Source: Acidimicrobiia bacterium
GTDB lineage: Bacteria; Actinomycetota; Acidimicrobiia; Acidimicrobiales; JANYDT01
DNA length: 43,958 bases
Direction of reading: 5' to 3'
Assembly: GCA_043739745.1 (NCBI GenBank)
Contig: JAYUDQ010000022.1
Location: forward strand, 1-43,958
The notes beneath the pieces were generated by a model that did not search any database, was not told the DNA's origin, and was given only the letters and a program-made list of their open reading frames with translations. The position numbers and the translations under genes were made by a program. The first letter of the stretch is position 1; each line of letters opens with the position of its first letter. Positions 40,074 through 43,958 of the stretch are shown one piece after another.

Positions 40074-42854
40074 TCAGTTTCCGAACAGTCCTGCGTCGTT
40101 CGGCTTGAGCTTCTTGAGCGCGAGCCGGCCCTCGCCGCTACCGATGAACACGAACCGGTATCGTCCCTTCGGCAACACGAGCTGCGCACCGTTAGGCCCA
40201 CCCGCGTAGCGCTGTTCGCGTTCGTTGGCGGCGTACAGCAGCTGCAGCGTCTGGCGCTCGTCGAACGCGTCGAGGGCGATCCGGGTGCGGGCGGGCACCA
40301 TCACGGTCGCTTCGATGCGCTGGCCCCAGGTCAGCGTGAAGATCCTCGACTTCGCGCCGATCAGCAGCGTGGTGGCCTGGACTTCTGCGGGTGCGCGGCG
40401 GGCCGAGACCGCCTTCGTGACGCTTGGGTCGAGCGAGGTCAGCAGCTGGTACGTGCCCGGAACGGCGGCCACGAAGACACCGTTCGTCGTGGTCCGGGTC
40501 CCGTCGGGTCGCACCAGCACTCCGGCAGCCAGGATGTCACGGCTCTGCAGAACGACGCGAGTCCCGGCAGTCGGCACGGCGATGCGGATGACGGCGTCGC
40601 CGTTGCCAGTAGGCAGCGCAACTGCACCTCCATCGAGGACGGCGTCGAACGTGGGCACCGGATCGGCCGGCTCAGCCTGCCCGACGACGGCGAATGCGGC
40701 CGCGGTCGAGAGTTCCTTCGCGAAGGTCAGCCGGTGCACGCCGGCCGGCAGGCTGATCGTGGCCCCGTCACGGACGCAGGGGAGCGGACCGCTACGGACC
40801 AGCTCCACCGACGAGGTAGCGGTGATGCATGCGGTTGCACCGGTGAGGCGAAAGCGCTTCGGCGTTGCCGTCTCGACGACCCCGGTCCGGGTGCCGCCGA
40901 GCAAGAGTGGAATGGTCCCGTCGCCGAGTCGGACGTCGCTGAACACGGGCGTCGACGTCACCGACACGCGGAATCGGCCGGCGATGTCGGTATGCGGGTC
41001 GATGATCAGGGTGTAGGCCTCGCTGCTGGCCACCGTGGCGAAGCGCTCGCTCAGCTGAGGTTCTTGCCCGAGGCGGCCGGAGAGGACCTCCTCCTCCAGG
41101 TTCCGGTTGTTGCTCCACACCAGACGTCCCTTGGCATCCCAGATGCTCATGTCGACCGCGGTCGGTTGGAAGGTGGTGTTCCGGTAGCGGAGCACCTCGG
41201 GCTGGATGATCTGCGGGGTGGCACTCGTCAGCTTCACCGTGAGGCGGGCGAATTCGTTCGGGCCGAGCTGGACGTCGGTCTTGTCGCCGACGCTGAGAAC
41301 GTCGTCGACATCGACGGAGCCCTTGTACGAGCCCCCACCGCCGACCTTCAGCAGCGACACCTTGAGGTCGCGCACCGCATTTCCGGCCGGTCGCAGCTCG
41401 ACGGCCCATCGACCGGCTTTGTCTGCGGTGAGTGTCGTGATGGCGCGTTGCTCGCCGTTGTCCTCGGTCCACTGCCACGGGCTCAGGTTGGAGGTGAACT
41501 TCCCGCTCGGGTCGCGTACGGCGAGGCTGATGGGGCGGATGTTGGTGCCGGTGATCTGCAGGGCGTACCTGCCGCCCGCATCGAGGGTCAGCGAACCGAT
41601 GGCCGCGAACCAGGCGCGGTTGCGGATCGTGACCGGTTCGCCGGTGGCGGGAACGCTCGTCGCCGTGTCCTCGCCGCGATAGACCCCGAAACGCTGTCGG
41701 TTCGGTTTCGCGTCGCTCTGGACAGGGCCCGTCCACGACACGAACGGCGGCTTCGTCGGTGAGAACACGACCGGCGCAGCAAACACCTTCAGCCGCCCGG
41801 CGGAATCCTCCTCCCGGTCGATCCACGGTTGGCCCCACGGCTCGACGTTGGCCGATGTCGGTGAAGACAGGACCGCCCGCTCTGCCGGGCTCCCCCAGAA
41901 CGGGATCACGATGCTCTGCCAAAGACCCGGTGCCCGGTCGACAAGCGGGTCCTTCGAGGTGTCGATCAGCAGATCGTTGGGGATCTCGTCCAGGCGGCCG
42001 GTGATGATGGCCGGGGGGTTGTCCGCCGGGTAGGTGCCCGTGAGGATCACATCCTGGTCCTTGGTGAGCACGAACGTCACCCCGGGATCGCCGTCGGCGG
42101 ATGGCGGCCGCCGCTCGCGCTCGAGGGTGGCGATCCCACCAACGCAGCCGATGGGACGCGCCGCCGTCGCCGACCAGTCGTTGGCGCAGAACTGGACGCC
42201 TTCCTGACCGCCAGGAACACTCAGCCGGTACCGCTGACCGCCCTTCACGGGGATACGGGCGTACTGCTGGCGTACCTCGGCCGAGTTGAAACTGACCGGC
42301 TGCCCGACCGCTCCCCGCACGACGATGGCGTTGGGGTCGACCGTCCGGACACTCGCGTTCACCGGCGAGCGGAGGCCGGCGTCGACGATGATCAGGTAGC
42401 GGCCGCTGTCCTGGAGCGCAACCGTCGACTCGCCGTTGGCGATCGTGGCCCCGTTGGGGTCCTGCAGCCGCCACGGCCGGCCGGCTTTGATGGCAATGGT
42501 CTGCCCGGCCGTGCCGGTGAAGAGGAACGTTGCCGCCTGCTCGCTGAAGGCCGAGGCTTCGGGCCCGTCGATGGTCAGCGGCGTCGCATCGACCTGGACG
42601 TCACCGCCACCTGTCGGCGGAGGCGGCAGTACGGCACCGGGAGTCGTGGTCGCCGGAACAGGACTGGGTGTCACAGGCGTCGGTGTCGCAGGCGTCGCAG
42701 GCGTCGGTGTCACCGTCGTGGCTGCGACCGTGGTCGGGGTGACTTGCGCCGACGCGGCCCGCGATGGCAGGGCGGCGAGGGCACAGAGGCCGCCCAGTGC
42801 CATCACTGCGGTCACGACAGGACCCGAACGATGCTCGTTCATTCGTTTCGCCAT
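40074..42854 (-). CDS. Large secreted protein built of repeated beta-sandwich (PPC-like) modules, no recognisable catalytic domain
   Basis: 926 aa. Signal peptide (VVTAVMALGGLCALAALPSRAASA) and T/P-rich linker. At least 8 recurrences of a G-x-[YWH]-x-[LV]-x-[VIL] strand signature: GRYLIIV, QRYRLSV, GRYALQI, GRWAVEL, EAYTLII, GVHRLTF, GTYQLLT, GRYRFVF. Confidence 0.7.
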   Translation of the reverse strand: MAKRMNEHRSGPVVTAVMALGGLCALAALPSRAASAQVTPTTVAATTVTPTPATPATPTPVTPSPVPATTTPGAVLPPPPTGGGDVQVDATPLTIDGPEASAFSEQAATFLFTGTAGQTIAIKAGRPWRLQDPNGATIANGESTVALQDSGRYLIIVDAGLRSPVNASVRTVDPNAIVVRGAVGQPVSFNSAEVRQQYARIPVKGGQRYRLSVPGGQEGVQFCANDWSATAARPIGCVGGIATLERERRPPSADGDPGVTFVLTKDQDVILTGTYPADNPPAIITGRLDEIPNDLLIDTSKDPLVDRAPGLWQSIVIPFWGSPAERAVLSSPTSANVEPWGQPWIDREEDSAGRLKVFAAPVVFSPTKPPFVSWTGPVQSDAKPNRQRFGVYRGEDTATSVPATGEPVTIRNRAWFAAIGSLTLDAGGRYALQITGTNIRPISLAVRDPSGKFTSNLSPWQWTEDNGEQRAITTLTADKAGRWAVELRPAGNAVRDLKVSLLKVGGGGSYKGSVDVDDVLSVGDKTDVQLGPNEFARLTVKLTSATPQIIQPEVLRYRNTTFQPTAVDMSIWDAKGRLVWSNNRNLEEEVLSGRLGQEPQLSERFATVASSEAYTLIIDPHTDIAGRFRVSVTSTPVFSDVRLGDGTIPLLLGGTRTGVVETATPKRFRLTGATACITATSSVELVRSGPLPCVRDGATISLPAGVHRLTFAKELSTAAAFAVVGQAEPADPVPTFDAVLDGGAVALPTGNGDAVIRIAVPTAGTRVVLQSRDILAAGVLVRPDGTRTTTNGVFVAAVPGTYQLLTSLDPSVTKAVSARRAPAEVQATTLLIGAKSRIFTLTWGQRIEATVMVPARTRIALDAFDERQTLQLLYAANEREQRYAGGPNGAQLVLPKGRYRFVFIGSGEGRLALKKLKPNDAGLFGN

Positions 42855-42970
42855 GGCGGGAGGTTACGGCGCCGCCGGTCCCGGCCGCGATTTGCCAACG
42901 TTCGACTCCTTCCGGGATCACCTGTCGGAACGTGGTGTTGCACGACGTGTCGGCGTCGTAGCGTGCGGTC

Positions 42971-43958
42971 GTGCAGAGGCGAGCGGTGCGGGTCTCAAGG
43001 TCGGGAGCAACCCTCCTCGCGACCGTGGCGATCGCGGCCGTGGCCTGCCTCGGAGGCGCGGGATCGGTCGCATCGGCGGCCGACCCACCCGCTGGCCCGA
43101 CGGTGTCGGTACGCGTTGCCGTGGTCGGCATCGAGCGGGCCCCGGGGCGTTCCTATCCGCTCGAGGCGCGCTGCACGAGGAGCGACGGCACGGCTGTGCC
43201 CCCGGCACCCAACCTGTCGCTGCCCGCGCCCAACACCTCGCTGCCCGCGCCCAACACCTCGCTGCCGGCCACGTCGGCCGTCCTGCCGTTCGCGCTTGCG
43301 GCATCGGGCACGAGGATCATCGGCGTGCCGGACTTCCCCACCCTGACCGTTGCGGACTCCTGCATCGTGCGGGCCGCCGGGGCCGAGGGTGCCGAGACCA
43401 CCTACCGAACAACGCAGACGGCGCGCGCCGACGGGTCGACGCCGGACCCTGCCCCGGGCGTGCTCGAGAGCGGCGGCTACCACGCCGCGCCGGCGCGGGC
43501 CGACGGGCAAGCCATCACCGTCACCCAAGCGTTCAACGGCGACGTCCAGGTCACCGCCCGCATCACCGGTGCCGTCAGCACCGCGGCCACGGCTCCGACC
43601 GTCCTCGCCGTCGAACTGCGCTGCGGCTCGGGCTTCCTCCAGAGCGCCCGGCTGACCGACGGGCAGGCGCAGCTCTTCACCGGCATCCCGGTTGGCACCG
43701 TCTGCCGAGTGGCCGACCTCCAGGGAGGGGGTGCGCGCTACGCCGACAACAGCGGCGACCCGAACGACGGGATCGTCACCGTGGTCGCCACCCCGGCCTC
43801 CTGCTGGGACCTCCGGGTGACCGGTCCGGAGTGCCGGGTGAGCATCGTCGTGACACTGTCCGCGGCGCCGGGCCCGGCGGACGCTGACGCCCCGACCACG
43901 ACGTCACCGACCACGACGACGTCGCCGTCGACCACGGCGGTGCCGGCCACAACCGCCG
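42971..43958 (+). CDS. Secreted Cys-pair-containing protein, 3'-partial (runs off the window)
   Basis: The GTG at 42971 is the first start after an in-frame TAG (42959-42961). Signal peptide RSGATLLATVAIAAVACLGGAGSVASA. No stop before 43958. The visible end is a T/P-rich linker. This ORF is not in the ORF track because it is open-ended. Confidence 0.65.
   Translation, partial: MQRRAVRVSRSGATLLATVAIAAVACLGGAGSVASAADPPAGPTVSVRVAVVGIERAPGRSYPLEARCTRSDGTAVPPAPNLSLPAPNTSLPAPNTSLPATSAVLPFALAASGTRIIGVPDFPTLTVADSCIVRAAGAEGAETTYRTTQTARADGSTPDPAPGVLESGGYHAAPARADGQAITVTQAFNGDVQVTARITGAVSTAATAPTVLAVELRCGSGFLQSARLTDGQAQLFTGIPVGTVCRVADLQGGGARYADNSGDPNDGIVTVVATPASCWDLRVTGPECRVSIVVTLSAAPGPADADAPTTTSPTTTTSPSTTAVPATTA
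43202..43264 (+). repeat. Three tandem 21-bp in-frame repeats encoding PAPN(L/T)SL
   Basis: Copies 43223-43243 and 43244-43264 are identical (cccgcgcccaacacctcgctg). Copy 43202-43222 matches 16/21. Confidence 0.85.

Overview
This is a high-GC Actinomycetota-type chromosomal segment. Markers are a WhiB-family regulator, the F420 FO synthase FbiC, Ku/LigD NHEJ genes and a HelD-like helicase. I call about 38 tightly packed protein genes plus one tRNA-Pro(CGG). I recognised no transposase, integrase, prophage gene, rRNA or CRISPR array.

Gene content from left to right:
- 1-2361: partial helical-repeat protein, an SDR and a small MazG-like protein.
- 2460-5183 (minus strand): tRNA-Pro, then an operon of two Get3/ArsA-like ATPases plus an orphan receiver domain.
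- 5184-7208: a divergent promoter carrying five tandem 13-bp repeats, an NfeD-type membrane protease, and a WhiB gene preceded by two CRP-like sites.
- 7322-15368: a Zn-ADH, then an envelope-glycan cluster (nucleotide-sugar dehydrogenase, GT2, epimerase/dehydratase, two large polytopic membrane proteins).
- 15421-19114: a PIN-domain remnant, then selB and selA.
- 19242-20899: a secreted Thr-rich protein and a methyltransferase.
- 21138-36969: a roughly 16-kb co-directional minus-strand block. In transcription order it holds an ACT protein, an ABC exporter, hemE, hemY, DNA ligase, ku, the LigD polymerase domain, hxlR, fbiC, an lnt-like gene, GT4, a methyltransferase and a QW-repeat protein.
- 37152-43958: a HelD-like helicase, a PPOX/F420 enzyme, and two divergent secreted repeat proteins.

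Most of the window is conserved housekeeping and I cannot demonstrate a clear-cut new system. The best candidates for a second look are:
1. The Get3/ArsA-like pair hard-wired to an atypical receiver, together with the 13-bp repeat array.
2. The Lnt-like gene whose catalytic Cys is Ser, embedded in a GT4/methyltransferase/QW-repeat operon.
3. An Arn-like lipid-linked sugar pathway.
4. A symmetric four-copy CCGCGCACCTC element between convergent genes.

Functional calls rest on motif recognition by eye. No database search was run.
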